The notes under the pieces: generated by a model
Database searches by the model: none
What the model was told of the DNA's origin: nothing
The model's input: the letters and a program-made list of their open reading frames with translations, nothing else
Part shown: piece after piece, positions 1-10,353 of the stretch
How positions within the stretch are numbered: position 1 is the first letter of the stretch
How the letters are laid out: each line of letters starts with the position of its first letter
Source: an uncultured cyanobacterium
GTDB taxonomy: Bacteria; Cyanobacteriota; Cyanobacteriia; PCC-6307; Cyanobiaceae
NCBI GenBank assembly: GCA_963697335.1
Contig: CAVONQ010000018.1
Location: forward strand, 384,001 to 448,000
DNA: 64,000 nt
Reading direction: 5' to 3'
Made by a program: the position numbers and the translations under genes

Positions 1-109
1 CGCCCCAGAGGGAGTCGCGGGGGCGGCTCAGCTCCGTGGCCAGCACCGGCAGCAGCAGCACGGTGAGCCCGAGCATCAGGGCCAGGGCTCCCCCCAAGGT
101 CGCGAGCAT
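1..109 (-). CDS. Ycf66 family membrane protein, N-terminal part (runs off window edge)
   Basis: Manual translation from ATG at 109: MLATLGGALALMLGLTVLLLPVLATELSRPRDSLWG, resembling the picocyanobacterial Ycf66 N-terminus (ELSRPRD). Confidence 0.65.
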   Translation of the reverse strand, partial: MLATLGGALALMLGLTVLLLPVLATELSRPRDSLWG

Positions 110-240
110 GGCGTCGGGGCAAGGGTCCCCATTTTGAGCCGACTCCGTGCCAGGCGCTGGTGGCTGGGGCCCGGTGTCGGTGACCGGGGAGGCCCGGCCG
201 TGGGCCTGACACGGGGGTGTTGCTTACAGTTGCCTTACCT

Positions 241-323
241 GCCCACCTGGCGGAATTTGGTAGACGCGCTGGGTTTAGGTTCCAGTGGCCTTGGTCGTGG
301 GGGTTCAAGTCCCCCGGTGGGCA
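241..323 (+). tRNA. tRNA-Leu(UAG)
   Basis: Acceptor stem GCCCACC/GGTGGGC, anticodon arm CTGGG-TTTAGGT-TCCAG, long variable arm, T-loop GGTTCAAGTCC. Confidence 0.95.
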
Positions 324-378
324 TCAACCTTTGCTTAAGTTGCAGGCCATCTGATTGCTTCGCGGCCCGTCCCAGTCC

Positions 379-1401
379 ATGACCCAGGCTTCCGCCGTTG
401 AGCGCCACCTGGCTGTGGGCCCGCTCGGTCGGTCTCCGTCCAGCTCCGTTCCCCGGCAATATCTCGATGCTCCGGCCGCCTGGAATCCCACGGTTGGCCT
501 CTTTCTGGGCGGCTTTGCCCTGGCGGGGCTCACGATCTGGGGCTGGTTCGTGGGGCAGTGGCCCCTAGGGGTGCTGTTGATCACCGGTTTTCTGGCCCTG
601 CACCTGGAGGGCACCGTGATCCACGACGCCTGCCATAACGCAGCCCATCCCAGCCGCTTCTGGAATGCGGTGATGGGCCACGGGGCGGCTCTGCTGCTGG
701 GCTTCAGCTTCCCGGTGTTCACCAGGGTGCATCTCCAGCACCACGCCCATGTGAACGATCCGAAGCACGATCCGGATCACATCGTCAGCACATTTGGGCC
801 GCTATGGCTGATTGCGCCGCGGTTTTTCTACCACGAGTTGTTCTTCTTTCGCCGCCGCCTGTGGCGACGGTATGAATTGCTGGAGTGGGGAATCGCTCGG
901 GCCATCTTCTTCTCGATTGTTTTGGCGGGCGCCAAATATGGATTCATGCCCTTCATCTTCAACTGCTGGTTTGCGCCGGCGCTGATGGTGGGTGTCACCT
1001 TGGGCCTTTTCTTTGACTACCTGCCCCACCGGCCGTTCCAATCGCGCAATCGCTGGCACAACGCCCGCGTGTATCCCAGCAGGCTGATGAACTGGCTGAT
1101 CATGGGTCAGAACTATCATCTGATCCATCACCTCTGGCCCTCCATCCCCTGGTTTGAATACAAGCCCGCATATCACGCCACCAAGCACATTCTCGATGCG
1201 AAGGGATCGCCCCAGCGCCTGGGCTTGTTTGAAACTCGCTCCGACAGTCTCAACTTCCTCTATGACATCCTGCTGGGAGTCCGCAGCCACCGCAAGCGCC
1301 GCAGCAAGTTGCGCCCCCTGGCGGCCCTGATGCCCACGCGCCATGCCCGGCGGCGTGTCCTCGAGGTTCTGCATCGCACGGCCATCTCGCCGGTGCGCTG
1401 A
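379..1401 (+). CDS. crtR: beta-carotene hydroxylase (fatty-acid-desaturase fold)
   Basis: His boxes HDACH, HLQHH, HLIHH; FFDYLPHRPF motif typical of cyanobacterial CrtR; ATG at 379. Confidence 0.9.
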   Translation: MTQASAVERHLAVGPLGRSPSSSVPRQYLDAPAAWNPTVGLFLGGFALAGLTIWGWFVGQWPLGVLLITGFLALHLEGTVIHDACHNAAHPSRFWNAVMGHGAALLLGFSFPVFTRVHLQHHAHVNDPKHDPDHIVSTFGPLWLIAPRFFYHELFFFRRRLWRRYELLEWGIARAIFFSIVLAGAKYGFMPFIFNCWFAPALMVGVTLGLFFDYLPHRPFQSRNRWHNARVYPSRLMNWLIMGQNYHLIHHLWPSIPWFEYKPAYHATKHILDAKGSPQRLGLFETRSDSLNFLYDILLGVRSHRKRRSKLRPLAALMPTRHARRRVLEVLHRTAISPVR

Positions 1402-1453
1402 CCCAGGAGCTCACGGGGCCATCGCCCCCATCAGCCCATGGCGCCGATAGGTG

Positions 1454-1747
1454 TCAGCCCGCCAGGATCTGGGGCACCCGGAAGAAATCGCCTTCCCGGT
1501 GCGGCGCTAGATCCAGCAGCTCTTCCCGCACAGGCGTTGGCAACACCGCATCCTCGCGGGTGACATTCACCACTTCCACGGCCCGGGTGGTGGCAGGGAC
1601 CCCTTCAGTGTCCACGCTTTCAAGGTGGGCCACGTATTCGAGGATGCGCTCCAGCTGGGCCGTGTAGGTGGTGATCTTGTCCTCCGGCAGGGCGAGCCGG
1701 GCCAGCTGGGCCACCTTGCGCACGTCATCCGTGGTGATCTGGCTCAT
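1454..1747 (-). CDS. gatC: Asp/Glu-tRNA amidotransferase subunit C
   Basis: [15 protein letters not shown]...[12 protein letters not shown], 97 aa. Confidence 0.95.
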   Translation of the reverse strand: MSQITTDDVRKVAQLARLALPEDKITTYTAQLERILEYVAHLESVDTEGVPATTRAVEVVNVTREDAVLPTPVREELLDLAPHREGDFFRVPQILAG

Positions 1748-1785
1748 GCGGCGATCCGCTCCGGCAGGGGTGCTGAGTTCTGAAA

Positions 1786-2604
1786 CTAGCTGTCGGATGC
1801 CAGGAAGCGTTCCAGATCGGCGCTGAGGGCGGTGGCCGCCAGGTCGAGGAAGTGCTGGCCATGCTCCGGCTGAGCCAGGAATGGATCGGAGCCCATGCGG
1901 CCATCGGGGTGGCGGCGGCGGAAGTCGGCCGGGCCGTGGATCGGCCCGGCGGGGGCGGCCTCCGGCAGGGGCCGCTGCTTGCTCTGCAGGCTGGGCTCGA
2001 GGTGGAGTGTGAGGGCGATCTCACTGGGGGTGGCGTGGTGGCCCTCCCGGTCGCCGTACAGCTCCCGCGCCTTCTGGAACACCGGCGCCGCCATGAACCA
2101 GTTGGCCATGCGGCAACGCAGCCGTTCCGCCCCTGGCAGACCCCGACTGGCCGCCGTGGCGTAGGCCTGGGCAAAGGCGGCCTTGCCGGTGGCGATGTTG
2201 CCGCCGTGGCCATTGACCACGAAGATCCGCTCAAAGCCATGGCCCGCCAGGGAGAGCACGATGTCGTGCAACACGGCGATCAGGGTGCTGGGCTGGAGGC
2301 TCACCGTGCCGGCGAAGCCCAGGTGGTGTTCCGCCATGCCGAAGGCCTGGGCCGGTGTCACCAGCACGCCGCTGCGACGGCCCACTTCCAGGGCGACGGC
2401 TTCAGCCGTGAGGGCATCGGTGCCGATGGCGCCGGTGGGCCCGTGCTGCTCGGTGGAGCCCAGCGGCACGATCACGCCTCGGCAGCGCTCCAGATAGGTC
2501 TCCACCTCAGGCCAGCTGCGCAGTTGCAGGCGGATGGCCTCAACACTGGCGGAGCCGCTCTCGGAGGGGGCTGGGTCGGGGGTGGCAGTGGCTGGAAGGG
2601 TCAC
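1786..2604 (-). CDS. creatininase family protein
   Basis: [23 protein letters not shown] metal-binding motifs. Confidence 0.9.
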   Translation of the reverse strand: MTLPATATPDPAPSESGSASVEAIRLQLRSWPEVETYLERCRGVIVPLGSTEQHGPTGAIGTDALTAEAVALEVGRRSGVLVTPAQAFGMAEHHLGFAGTVSLQPSTLIAVLHDIVLSLAGHGFERIFVVNGHGGNIATGKAAFAQAYATAASRGLPGAERLRCRMANWFMAAPVFQKARELYGDREGHHATPSEIALTLHLEPSLQSKQRPLPEAAPAGPIHGPADFRRRHPDGRMGSDPFLAQPEHGQHFLDLAATALSADLERFLASDS

Positions 2605-2703
2605 AGGCAGGGCTGAGCTGCGTTCATCCTGGCGGGGTCATGGTGAACAGCGGGATGACGGCATGCACTGCCTAGAGTTATCGGGCGCTGCGTCGCTGTG
2701 CCC

Positions 2704-2994
2704 ATGCTGCACCGCAAGCTCTATCAGTTCTGTGCTGAAAAACGGCCCGTCTGGGTGTTCCTGCGCGATCAACAGCGCTGGATCGAGGAGGCCCTGATCA
2801 CGGAGATCGAAGGCGACCTGGTGACCCTCCACTACGACGCCGAGGAGGACGACGAGACCCACAGCTGGGAAGAAAGCGTGCGGTTGGACTCGATCGGAGC
2901 CGTGAGCACACGCCTTTCGTATGTGAGTCGCAGCGGCATGGACGACCTTCCCACCGCTGAAGACTGCCCGGAGGCCGAACGGCTCAGCAGCTGA
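2704..2994 (+). CDS. conserved cyanobacterial hypothetical protein
   Basis: MLHRKLYQFC...VWVFLRDQQRWIE pattern recognised from conserved small cyanobacterial proteins; coding-like codon usage. Confidence 0.7.
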   Translation: MLHRKLYQFCAEKRPVWVFLRDQQRWIEEALITEIEGDLVTLHYDAEEDDETHSWEESVRLDSIGAVSTRLSYVSRSGMDDLPTAEDCPEAERLSS

Positions 2995-3007
2995 TCTCAG
3001 CTGCTGA

Positions 3008-3145
3008 TCAGTGGGCGGTGCCGTTGCCGTCATAGGCGTCGGTGTCGTAGTAGCCACCCTTGGTTCCGAAGAACAGGGTGGAGAGGCAGAACAGGCCACT
3101 GGTGAACAGCAGCACGGTGCCCAGGGTGAAACCGGAGGAGTCCAT
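3008..3145 (-). CDS. ndhP: NDH-1L small subunit NdhP (45 aa, absent from ORF track)
   Basis: Manual translation [45 protein letters not shown]; single TM helix and the NdhP-type C-terminus FFGT..G.YDTD.Y.GNG.AH. Confidence 0.85.
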   Translation of the reverse strand: MDSSGFTLGTVLLFTSGLFCLSTLFFGTKGGYYDTDAYDGNGTAH

Positions 3146-3182
3146 GGCGAAGCGGCTGGAAAGCCCTGATGGTGCCACCAGT

Positions 3183-3767
3183 GTGCTCCCTGCCGCCTTC
3201 TTTGGCAGGCCTGCCGAGCAAGTGGCTCCGCAGCTGGTGGGCTGCTGGCTGATCCGCCGGCTCGAGACGGGCGAGCACCTGCGCGGCCTGATCGTGGAAA
3301 CGGAGGCCTACGCCCAGCAGGAGCCGGCCTGCCATGGCGCCCGCCGCCGCTCCCCCCAGAACGAAACCCTGTTTGGTGAGCCCGGCCACTTTTATGTGTA
3401 TCTCACCTACGGCATCCACCACTGCGTGAATCTGGTGACCGGCTGCCAAGGTGAGGCCAGCGGCGTGCTGCTGCGGGCGGTGCAGCTCCCCGATGAGCCT
3501 GCGCGGGTGGCGGCCGGTCCGGGGCTGCTGGCCAGGCGGTTCGGCATCGATCGCCGCCACGACGGCCTGCCGGCGCTGCCGGACTCCGGCCTCTGGCTGG
3601 CACCGCGCCGGCTGCCGGCCGGGATGGATCCCCAGCTCACCCAGACCACGCGCATCGGCATCAGCCAGGCCCGGGAGCTGCCCTGGCGCTGGTACCTGCG
3701 CGCCAGCCCCTGTGTCAGCCGCCGCGCCCGCGGCGATCGGCTGCCCCGCCCGGGGGCAGGCCTCTAG
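3183..3767 (+). CDS. DNA-3-methyladenine glycosylase (MPG family)
   Basis: [38 protein letters not shown] motifs; start (GTG 3183) uncertain. Confidence 0.9.
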   Translation: MLPAAFFGRPAEQVAPQLVGCWLIRRLETGEHLRGLIVETEAYAQQEPACHGARRRSPQNETLFGEPGHFYVYLTYGIHHCVNLVTGCQGEASGVLLRAVQLPDEPARVAAGPGLLARRFGIDRRHDGLPALPDSGLWLAPRRLPAGMDPQLTQTTRIGISQARELPWRWYLRASPCVSRRARGDRLPRPGAGL

Positions 3768-3778
3768 GTTGAACGCGT

Positions 3779-4816
3779 TTGCGCCTCCTTGGATTGGGCA
3801 GCTGGGGTCATCGCCATGTGATTGATCTGGCGACCTTTTCGCTGGCCGATCTGGCCATGGTGCTGGAGTTGGCGCAGCGCTTCCGAGCTATGCCGGTCAG
3901 CGGCGCCCGCAAGCTGCCGGCGTTGCAGGGGCGCCTGATGACCAGCCTGTTCTTTGAGCCGAGCACCCGCACCCGCAGCAGCTTTGAGCTGGCGGCCCGG
4001 CGCCTCTCCGCCGATGTGCAGAGCTTCTCGCCCTCGTCGAGCTCCCTGGCCAAGGGGGAGAGCCTGCTGGACACGGCCCGCACCTACGTGGCCATGGGGG
4101 CCGACGTGCTGGTGGTGCGGCATCGCTGCGCGGGCATTCCGCAAGTGCTGGCGGAGCACCTGGATCAAGCCGGCGAGCGGGTGGCGGTGCTCAATGCCGG
4201 CGATGGCCTGCACAGCCACCCCAGCCAGGCCCTGCTGGACCTGTTCACCATGGCGCGCCACTTCGATCCCCTGTCCCCCACGCCCGAGAGCCTGCGGGGC
4301 CGGCGCATCGTGATCGTGGGGGATGTGCTCCATTCCCGGGTGGCCCGCTCCAACCTCTGGGCCCTCACCGCCTGTGGAGCCGAGGTGGTGCTGTGCGGGC
4401 CGGCCACCCTGCTGCCGGAGAGCTTTGCGGCCTTCGTGGCGGCTCCCCCGCCCGGCCAGGCCTGTGATCCGGTGCCGGAGAGGGGAGGCGTGACGGTGCT
4501 GCGCGATCTCGATGCCGCCCTCGACGGTGCCGACGCGGTGATGACCCTGCGCCTGCAGAAGGAGCGCATGCGCAGCCACCTGCTCACCAGCCTGGACTCC
4601 TACCACCGGGCCTATGGCCTCAGCCACGAGCGCCTCAGGCGCTGTGGCCGTGCCGTGCCCGTGCTCCATCCCGGCCCAGTGAACCGCGGCGTGGAGATGG
4701 CCTCGGCCCTGCTGGATGACCCCGCCGTGTGTGTGGTGGAGGAGCAGGTGCGCAACGGCATCCCGGTGCGGATGGCGCTGCTGTATCTGCTGGCGACTGA
4801 AGCGATGGCGGCCTAG
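3779..4816 (+). CDS. pyrB: aspartate carbamoyltransferase catalytic subunit
   Basis: [30 protein letters not shown]; true start may be a few codons downstream. Confidence 0.95.
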   Translation: MRLLGLGSWGHRHVIDLATFSLADLAMVLELAQRFRAMPVSGARKLPALQGRLMTSLFFEPSTRTRSSFELAARRLSADVQSFSPSSSSLAKGESLLDTARTYVAMGADVLVVRHRCAGIPQVLAEHLDQAGERVAVLNAGDGLHSHPSQALLDLFTMARHFDPLSPTPESLRGRRIVIVGDVLHSRVARSNLWALTACGAEVVLCGPATLLPESFAAFVAAPPPGQACDPVPERGGVTVLRDLDAALDGADAVMTLRLQKERMRSHLLTSLDSYHRAYGLSHERLRRCGRAVPVLHPGPVNRGVEMASALLDDPAVCVVEEQVRNGIPVRMALLYLLATEAMAA

Positions 4817-4820
4817 GGCC

Positions 4821-5189
4821 TCACAACAGCTTGAAGCCATCCAGCAGCAGCCCGTAGAGGAGGCCAAACCTGGCCATGTCCAGCAGGTTGAGGCCGAGCC
4901 GCTGTTCGGCGTGGCGCAGCAGGGGCCCCCGGGCCCGGACCGCGAGCTCGATCAACAGCACGCAGATCACGGCGCCGATCGGGTCGATCTGGGCGAGCTG
5001 ACCGCTGATCGAGGCGACCACACCACCGATCGAAAAGCTCGTCAGCAGCACGATCAGCTGCAGGGAGAGCCGGCGCCACGGATTGCTGGCCCAGCGCTGC
5101 AGCCTGCCGCCGGCCTGGGCGATGGTCTGCTGGAAGCGGGTCTGCTGAAGGCGGGTCTGCTGAGCGGGCCGTTGCTGGAGGTTGGCCAC
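4821..5189 (-). CDS. Ycf20/DUF565 family membrane protein
   Basis: QQTR...NPWRRLSL...GLLYGLLLDGFKL pattern. Confidence 0.8.
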   Translation of the reverse strand: MANLQQRPAQQTRLQQTRFQQTIAQAGGRLQRWASNPWRRLSLQLIVLLTSFSIGGVVASISGQLAQIDPIGAVICVLLIELAVRARGPLLRHAEQRLGLNLLDMARFGLLYGLLLDGFKLL

Positions 5190-5335
5190 GGACGGGTCGG
5201 GGGAGTCAGCGGCAAGAGGTGGGCAGGACGGTTGAGCTGGCGATCCCCATCACCCGGCCCGGTCCTGCCTGCCATGGTCTACACCATCTCTGGAGCCTTG
5301 ACAGCCCCTTGACGCTACTGATAGGGGATTCCAAT

Positions 5336-5363
5336 AAAAAAGCCCGGGGCCAGGGGCCCGGGC
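5336..5363 (-). terminator. intrinsic terminator (minus strand)
   Basis: AAAAAA followed by GCCCGGG...CCCGGGC stem on + strand. Confidence 0.65.
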
Positions 5364-5483
5364 GGGTGATGGGGACTCCGTAAAGAAAGCGATCGATGAC
5401 GGCCGGATCAAGGGGCCTGGGTCGTTTGACGGAGCGTCCATTGACACCCTTGACGCCAAGCCCGGGGCTGCTCAGGCCGGGAC

Positions 5484-5681
5484 TCAGCTGTCGCTTTCCT
5501 TCTTGCGCGATGACTTGCCCTCCAGCAGTTCGAGCAACGCCTCCATCTGGGCCATCACTCCCCGCACTTCACCGGCTTCCGGCAGCAGACCGTCCTCCAT
5601 GACCCCCTGATGCATCTCACGGAGCTCCTGGCGGATGTAGCGCAGGTGGCTCACCACCTGTTCGCGCTTCGACTGCGACAT
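5484..5681 (-). CDS. conserved hypothetical protein (65 aa, helical)
   Basis: Clean ATG ORF with host-like codon usage, MSQSKREQVVSHLRYIRQELREMHQG. Confidence 0.7.
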   Translation of the reverse strand: MSQSKREQVVSHLRYIRQELREMHQGVMEDGLLPEAGEVRGVMAQMEALLELLEGKSSRKKESDS

Positions 5682-5759
5682 GGATGGGCAGAAACTGTCA
5701 CGTCTCTTTTACAACATCGCCTGTTTCGCATCGATCGGGGCCTGGATCAGCTTCCGGGA

Positions 5760-5933
5760 TCACTTCTGGCCGAACCGGGCCCGGGCCTCGGCGTAGAAGG
5801 CCCGATCCACTTGCTCCAGGCCAGCTTCAGCGGCCATGGCCTCAATGCGTCTGCGTACGGCAGGCCGCACAAAGAAGGGCACTTCCTTGAGGGCGGCCTC
5901 GGCCTCAGCTGTCCATGACACGGGGGCTGGCAT
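5760..5933 (-). CDS. small PCP_red (protochlorophyllide reductase C-terminal-like) domain protein
   Basis: WTAEAEAALKEVPFFVRPAVRRRIE motif; upstream part of the listed ORF overlaps a tRNA, so start moved to ATG 5933. Confidence 0.75.
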   Translation of the reverse strand: MPAPVSWTAEAEAALKEVPFFVRPAVRRRIEAMAAEAGLEQVDRAFYAEARARFGQK

Positions 5934-5982
5934 CGGCGGTGGGGCCTGCGGTGCGACGCAAGCCAGCCTGCCAGACTCGCAA

Positions 5983-6055
5983 TGGAGAATAGGGGACTCG
6001 AACCCCTGACCTCTGCGGTGCGATCGCAGCGCTCTACCAGCTGAGCTAATTCCCC
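5983..6055 (-). tRNA. tRNA-Ala(CGC)
   Basis: Reverse complement GGGGAATTAGCTCAGCTGGTAGAGCGCTGCGATCGCACCGCAGAGGTCAGGGGTTCGAGTCCCCTATTCTCCA; anticodon CGC. Confidence 0.95.
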
Positions 6056-6120
6056 CCAGGGGGCCATTATCGCCCCAGACCCTCCATCGGCCAGTCCCTT
6101 CAACTGCCAGCCCCTCCGCC

Positions 6121-6339
6121 ATGGCCTCCCTGTCTGAGTCAATCACTCCGGAACGGCTTGCCGCCTTTGACGAGGCAATGACCGCCGTGCTGGCCCAGCG
6201 CCTGGACGACGACGATTACCCCACCCCCTTCGACGGCCTCGCGGACTGGCACCTGATGCGGGCCCTGGCGATCCACCGGCCCGAGCTGGCGCGTCCCTAC
6301 GTGCACTTGGTGGACCAGGAGCCCTTTGATGAGGACTGA
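6121..6339 (+). CDS. DUF2555 family protein (IsiD-like)
   Basis: LAQRLDDDDYPTPFDGLADWHLMRALA..RPEL..PY motif. Confidence 0.75.
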   Translation: MASLSESITPERLAAFDEAMTAVLAQRLDDDDYPTPFDGLADWHLMRALAIHRPELARPYVHLVDQEPFDED

Positions 6340-7606
6340 GCGGCAGGGCCCGCCCCAGTCTCACCCCGCCCATGCCTCCATCCCCCCCGCCGACCCCCTC
6401 AGCGGGCGACACATCCTGGTGGGGATCAGCGGCAGCATCGCGGCGGTCAAGCTGCCGCTGCTGGTGAGCGCCCTGGTGCAGCGGGGGGCCGAGGTGCGCT
6501 GTGTGCTCACCCCCAGCGCCGAGCGCCTGGTGAGCGCCGCCTCCCTGGCCTGCCTCAGTCGCCAGCCCTGCTGCCTGGATGTCGATCAGTGGAGCCACCG
6601 GGCGCCCCGGCCCCTGCACGTGGAGCTGGCCGAGTGGGCGGAGCTGGTGCTGCTGGCTCCCCTCAGCGCCACCACCCTGGCCCGCTGGGTGCAGGGCCTC
6701 GGCGACACCCTGCTGGCCAGCACCCTGCTGGCCTGTGAGGCGCCGGTGCTGGCGGCCGCCGCCATGAACACCTCCATGTGGGCCTCGCCGGGGGTGCGGG
6801 CCAACTGGCAGGCCCTGCAGAGCTTCCCCACCGTGTTGCCCCTGGGCCCGGAGGCCGGACTGCTGGCCTGCGACCGCCAGGGCCAGGGCCGCATGGCCGA
6901 CCCCGAGCTGCTGCTGCTGGCGCTGGAATCCCTCGCCCTCTGGGGTCCGCAGCGGGACTGGCAGGGGCGGGGGCTGCTGGTGAGCGCCGGCCCCACCCGC
7001 GAGCCCCTGGATCCGGCCCGCTGCCTCACCAACCCGAGCACGGGTCGCATGGGCGTGCTGCTGGCCCAGGCGGCCCGGCTGCGGGGGGCCCGGGTGGAGC
7101 TGGTGCATGGTCCGCTGGCGCTGCCGGCCGGCTGGCTGGAGGGGCTTCACGCCGAGGCGGTGCTCACGGCGGCCGAGATGCGGGTGGCCCTGCTGGCCCG
7201 CCAGCCGGGGGTCCAGGCCGTGGCGATGGTGGCGGCCGTGGCCGACCACCGCCGCAGCGAGCCCATGCACACCAAGCTTGACAAGCAGGCCCTGGAGCAG
7301 GCCCTCGCCAGCGGCTGGGAGCCGGTGCCGGATCTGCTGGCCGAGCTGGTGAGCCGCCGGCCGCCGGGGCAGCGCATCCTCGGCTTCGCGGCCCAGACGG
7401 GCGATGTGCTCCCCCAGGCCCGGGCCAAGTTCGCGCGCAAGGGCTGCGATCTGCTGTTCGCCAACCCCATCGACCAGCCCCAGGCGGGCTTCGGCGGGCT
7501 CAGCACCAGCGGCTGGTTGCTCGGCCCTGGCGATCAGGTGAGCGTGTTGCCGGTCGCCCGCAAGCTGGCCGTGGCCCACCGTCTGCTCACGGCCCTGGCC
7601 GCCTGA
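6326..7606 (+). CDS. coaBC: phosphopantothenoylcysteine decarboxylase/ligase
   Basis: GISGSIAAVK, HVELAEWA, AAAMN, SAGPTREPLDPAR, NPSTGRMG, GFAAQT. Confidence 0.95.
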   Translation: MMRTERQGPPQSHPAHASIPPADPLSGRHILVGISGSIAAVKLPLLVSALVQRGAEVRCVLTPSAERLVSAASLACLSRQPCCLDVDQWSHRAPRPLHVELAEWAELVLLAPLSATTLARWVQGLGDTLLASTLLACEAPVLAAAAMNTSMWASPGVRANWQALQSFPTVLPLGPEAGLLACDRQGQGRMADPELLLLALESLALWGPQRDWQGRGLLVSAGPTREPLDPARCLTNPSTGRMGVLLAQAARLRGARVELVHGPLALPAGWLEGLHAEAVLTAAEMRVALLARQPGVQAVAMVAAVADHRRSEPMHTKLDKQALEQALASGWEPVPDLLAELVSRRPPGQRILGFAAQTGDVLPQARAKFARKGCDLLFANPIDQPQAGFGGLSTSGWLLGPGDQVSVLPVARKLAVAHRLLTALAA

Positions 7607-7624
7607 GCCAGGGCCAGGGGGCGT

Positions 7625-8077
7625 TCAGGCGGCCTGGTCCTGGTCCTGGTCAACATCGCTGGCGGGAGCTTCAGGCCGGGCGGCCTCCTCCTCCGCGGCG
7701 TCGACCTGCAGCAGATCGATGAACGTGCGCAGCTGCAGGCGGGGGATGTAGGGCCAGCCGCCGCTCTGTTCCATGCGGCGCAGCAGGTTGAACAGCAGGT
7801 TGCGGTCGGCGGGGAGGCTGCTCCTGAAGGCCCCGTCCTGAATGCTGCGATGCAGCATTTCAAGCTGCCGCAGCAGGTCGAGCAGCTGCTCGGGATCGCC
7901 TTTGATCTCTTCGGCCAGGCTGGCCATCTGGCTGAGCAGGCTTTCGAGCCGCTGCTGGCGCCCCTCCGTGAGGGTGGAGGGCTGGGGGGCTGCCTGGGCA
8001 GCGGGTTGGGTCGTGGGCTGTGGTGTGCTGATCGGAACCTTCGGCTCTCGCATACAGGTTGTTGAGAGCCGCGACAT
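7625..8077 (-). CDS. conserved hypothetical protein
   Basis: LLDLLRQLEMLHRSI...GGWPYIPRLQLR pattern seen in cyanobacterial hypotheticals; start uncertain. Confidence 0.7.
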   Translation of the reverse strand: MSRLSTTCMREPKVPISTPQPTTQPAAQAAPQPSTLTEGRQQRLESLLSQMASLAEEIKGDPEQLLDLLRQLEMLHRSIQDGAFRSSLPADRNLLFNLLRRMEQSGGWPYIPRLQLRTFIDLLQVDAAEEEAARPEAPASDVDQDQDQAA

Positions 8078-8155
8078 CGTACGGGGAATCAGGGTTTTGC
8101 ACCGGTAGGATCCGCCCCGGCCCAGTTACTGCCCACTCTCTGCGGCGTTCTCCCC

Positions 8156-8977
8156 ATGCGTTTTCGTCCTCTGCTGGCCCTCGCGCTGGCGCTGTGTCTG
8201 ACCCTGGTGACCGCCTGCAGCGGTGGGGCCAAGGCCGTGGATCGCGCCAATCTCACCTACGAAGACATTCACAACACCGGCCTGGCCAACGACTGCCCCT
8301 CCCTGCCCGAATCGGCCCGCGGTTCGATCCCCCTGGATGCCGGCACCTCCTACCAGCTCAGGGAGATCTGCATGCACCCCGCGGAGGTGTTCGTGAAGGG
8401 CGAACCCGCCAACAAGCGCCAGGAGGCCCAGTTCGTCGCTGGCAAGATTCTCACCCGTTTCACCACCAGCCTCGATCAGGTCTTTGGCGACCTGACCGTC
8501 TCGGGTGACTCGCTCAACTTCAAGGAGCAGGGCGGTCTCGACTTCCAGATCGTCACCGTGCTGCTCCCCGGCGGTGAAGAGGTGCCCTTCGTGTTCTCCA
8601 GCAAGCAGCTCACGGCCAGTGCCGATGGCGCCGCCATCAGCACCAGCACGGATTTCACCGGCACCTACCGGGTGCCCAGCTACCGCACCTCGAACTTCCT
8701 CGATCCCAAGGCCCGGGGCCTCACCACCGGCGTGGACTACACCCAGGGCCTGGTGGGCCTCGGTGCCGATGGTGATGGTCTGGAGCGCGAGAACATCAAG
8801 AGCTATGTGGATGGCACCGGCTCGATGGAGCTTGCGATCACCCGGGTGGATGCCGCCACTGGTGAGTTCGCCGGGGTGTTCACCGCCGTGCAGCCCTCCG
8901 ACACCGACATGGGCTCCAAGGATCCCCTTGACGTGAAGATCACCGGTGAGGTCTACGGCCGTCTGGAGCAGGCCTGA
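8156..8977 (+). CDS. psbO: photosystem II manganese-stabilising protein
   Basis: Signal peptide, LTYEDIHNTGLANDCP, VPSYRTSNFLDPKARG, QPSDTDMG. Confidence 0.97.
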   Translation: MRFRPLLALALALCLTLVTACSGGAKAVDRANLTYEDIHNTGLANDCPSLPESARGSIPLDAGTSYQLREICMHPAEVFVKGEPANKRQEAQFVAGKILTRFTTSLDQVFGDLTVSGDSLNFKEQGGLDFQIVTVLLPGGEEVPFVFSSKQLTASADGAAISTSTDFTGTYRVPSYRTSNFLDPKARGLTTGVDYTQGLVGLGADGDGLERENIKSYVDGTGSMELAITRVDAATGEFAGVFTAVQPSDTDMGSKDPLDVKITGEVYGRLEQA

Positions 8978-9020
8978 TCCGGCCAGCCCGCGGCCAGGTG
9001 CGTCTGACCGATCAACCTGA

Positions 9021-9048
9021 GAGGGGCCCTGCGGGCCCCTCTTTTTTG
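9021..9048 (+). terminator. intrinsic terminator after psbO
   Basis: GAGGGGCCC-TGC-GGGCCCCTC followed by T-run. Confidence 0.8.
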
Positions 9049-9121
9049 CCCATGCCGGCAGCAGCAACTCCGGGCCCGGGCCCGTCTGGGAGAATCGGGC
9101 ACCATCTACGCCGTCGTCCCG

Positions 9122-10282
9122 ATGTCCTCCTCCACCCTGGCTGGCCTGATCGCGCCCCACGGAGGCACCCTGGTGGATCTGATGGTGCCCGCGGCGGAGC
9201 AGGAGGCCGTGCGTGCCGGGGTGGATCGGGTGCTCGAGTGCAGCGATCGCAACGCTTGCGACGTGGAGCTGCTGGTGGTGGGCGGCTTCTCGCCGTTGCG
9301 GGGCTTCATGCACCAGGAGGACTACGACGCCGTGGTGGCCGGCCATCGCACCACGAGCGGCCTCCTGTTCGGTCTGCCGATCGTGTTCGACACCGATGAG
9401 GTGAGCGTGGCCGTCGGCGAGCGGCTGCTGCTCACCTACCAGGGCCAGGACCTGGCCGTGCTCACGGTGGAGAGCAAGTGGGAGCCCGACAAGGCCCTTG
9501 AGGCCCAGGGCTGCTACGGCACCACCTCGATCGAGCACCCCGCCGTGCGCATGATCACCGGCGAGCGAGGCCGCTTCTACCTCGGTGGCCGGCTGCAGGG
9601 GTTGGCCCTGCCAGAGCGGGTGTTCCCCTGCAAGACCCCGGCCGAGGTGCGGGCCACCCTGCCGGAGGGCCAGAGCGTGGTGGCGTTCCAGTGCCGCAAC
9701 CCGATTCACCGCGCCCACTACGAGCTGTTCACCCGGGCCCTGGAGGCCGGCAACGTGAGCGAACAAGCCGTCGTGCTCGTGCACCCCACCTGCGGCCCCA
9801 CCCAGGACGACGACATCGCCGGCGCCGTGCGCTTCCAGACCTATGAGCGCCTCGCCGCGGAGGTGAACAACCCCCGCATTCGCTGGGCCTACCTGCCCTA
9901 CTCGATGCACATGGCCGGCCCCCGCGAGGCGCTGCAGCACATGATCATCCGCAAGAATTACGGTTGCACCCACTTCATCATCGGCCGGGACATGGCGGGC
10001 TGTAAGTCGAGTCTCAACGGCAGCGACTTCTACGGCCCTTACGAAGCCCAGGACTTCGCCCGCGACAACGCCCCCGAACTGGGCATGGAGACGGTGCCCT
10101 CCCTCAACCTCGTCTACACCGAGGAGGAGGGCTATGTCACGGCGGAGCACGCCGAGGCCCGTGGGCTGCACATCCGCAAGCTGAGCGGCACCCAGTTCCG
10201 CCAGATGCTGCGTGGCGGCGAGGAGATCCCGGAATGGTTCGCCTTCCGTAGTGTGGTGGAGGTGCTGCGGGCTGCGGCCTGA
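9122..10282 (+). CDS. sat: sulfate adenylyltransferase
   Basis: GGFSPLRGFM, AFQCRNPIHRAH, NYGCTHFIIGRDMAG. Confidence 0.97.
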   Translation: MSSSTLAGLIAPHGGTLVDLMVPAAEQEAVRAGVDRVLECSDRNACDVELLVVGGFSPLRGFMHQEDYDAVVAGHRTTSGLLFGLPIVFDTDEVSVAVGERLLLTYQGQDLAVLTVESKWEPDKALEAQGCYGTTSIEHPAVRMITGERGRFYLGGRLQGLALPERVFPCKTPAEVRATLPEGQSVVAFQCRNPIHRAHYELFTRALEAGNVSEQAVVLVHPTCGPTQDDDIAGAVRFQTYERLAAEVNNPRIRWAYLPYSMHMAGPREALQHMIIRKNYGCTHFIIGRDMAGCKSSLNGSDFYGPYEAQDFARDNAPELGMETVPSLNLVYTEEEGYVTAEHAEARGLHIRKLSGTQFRQMLRGGEEIPEWFAFRSVVEVLRAAA

Positions 10283-10353
10283 GGCGCCGGCGCATCGGGC
10301 GGCTCACCGCCGGTTAACATTCCGTTACTAAATCTCTCAGCTGAGGCGAGGCC

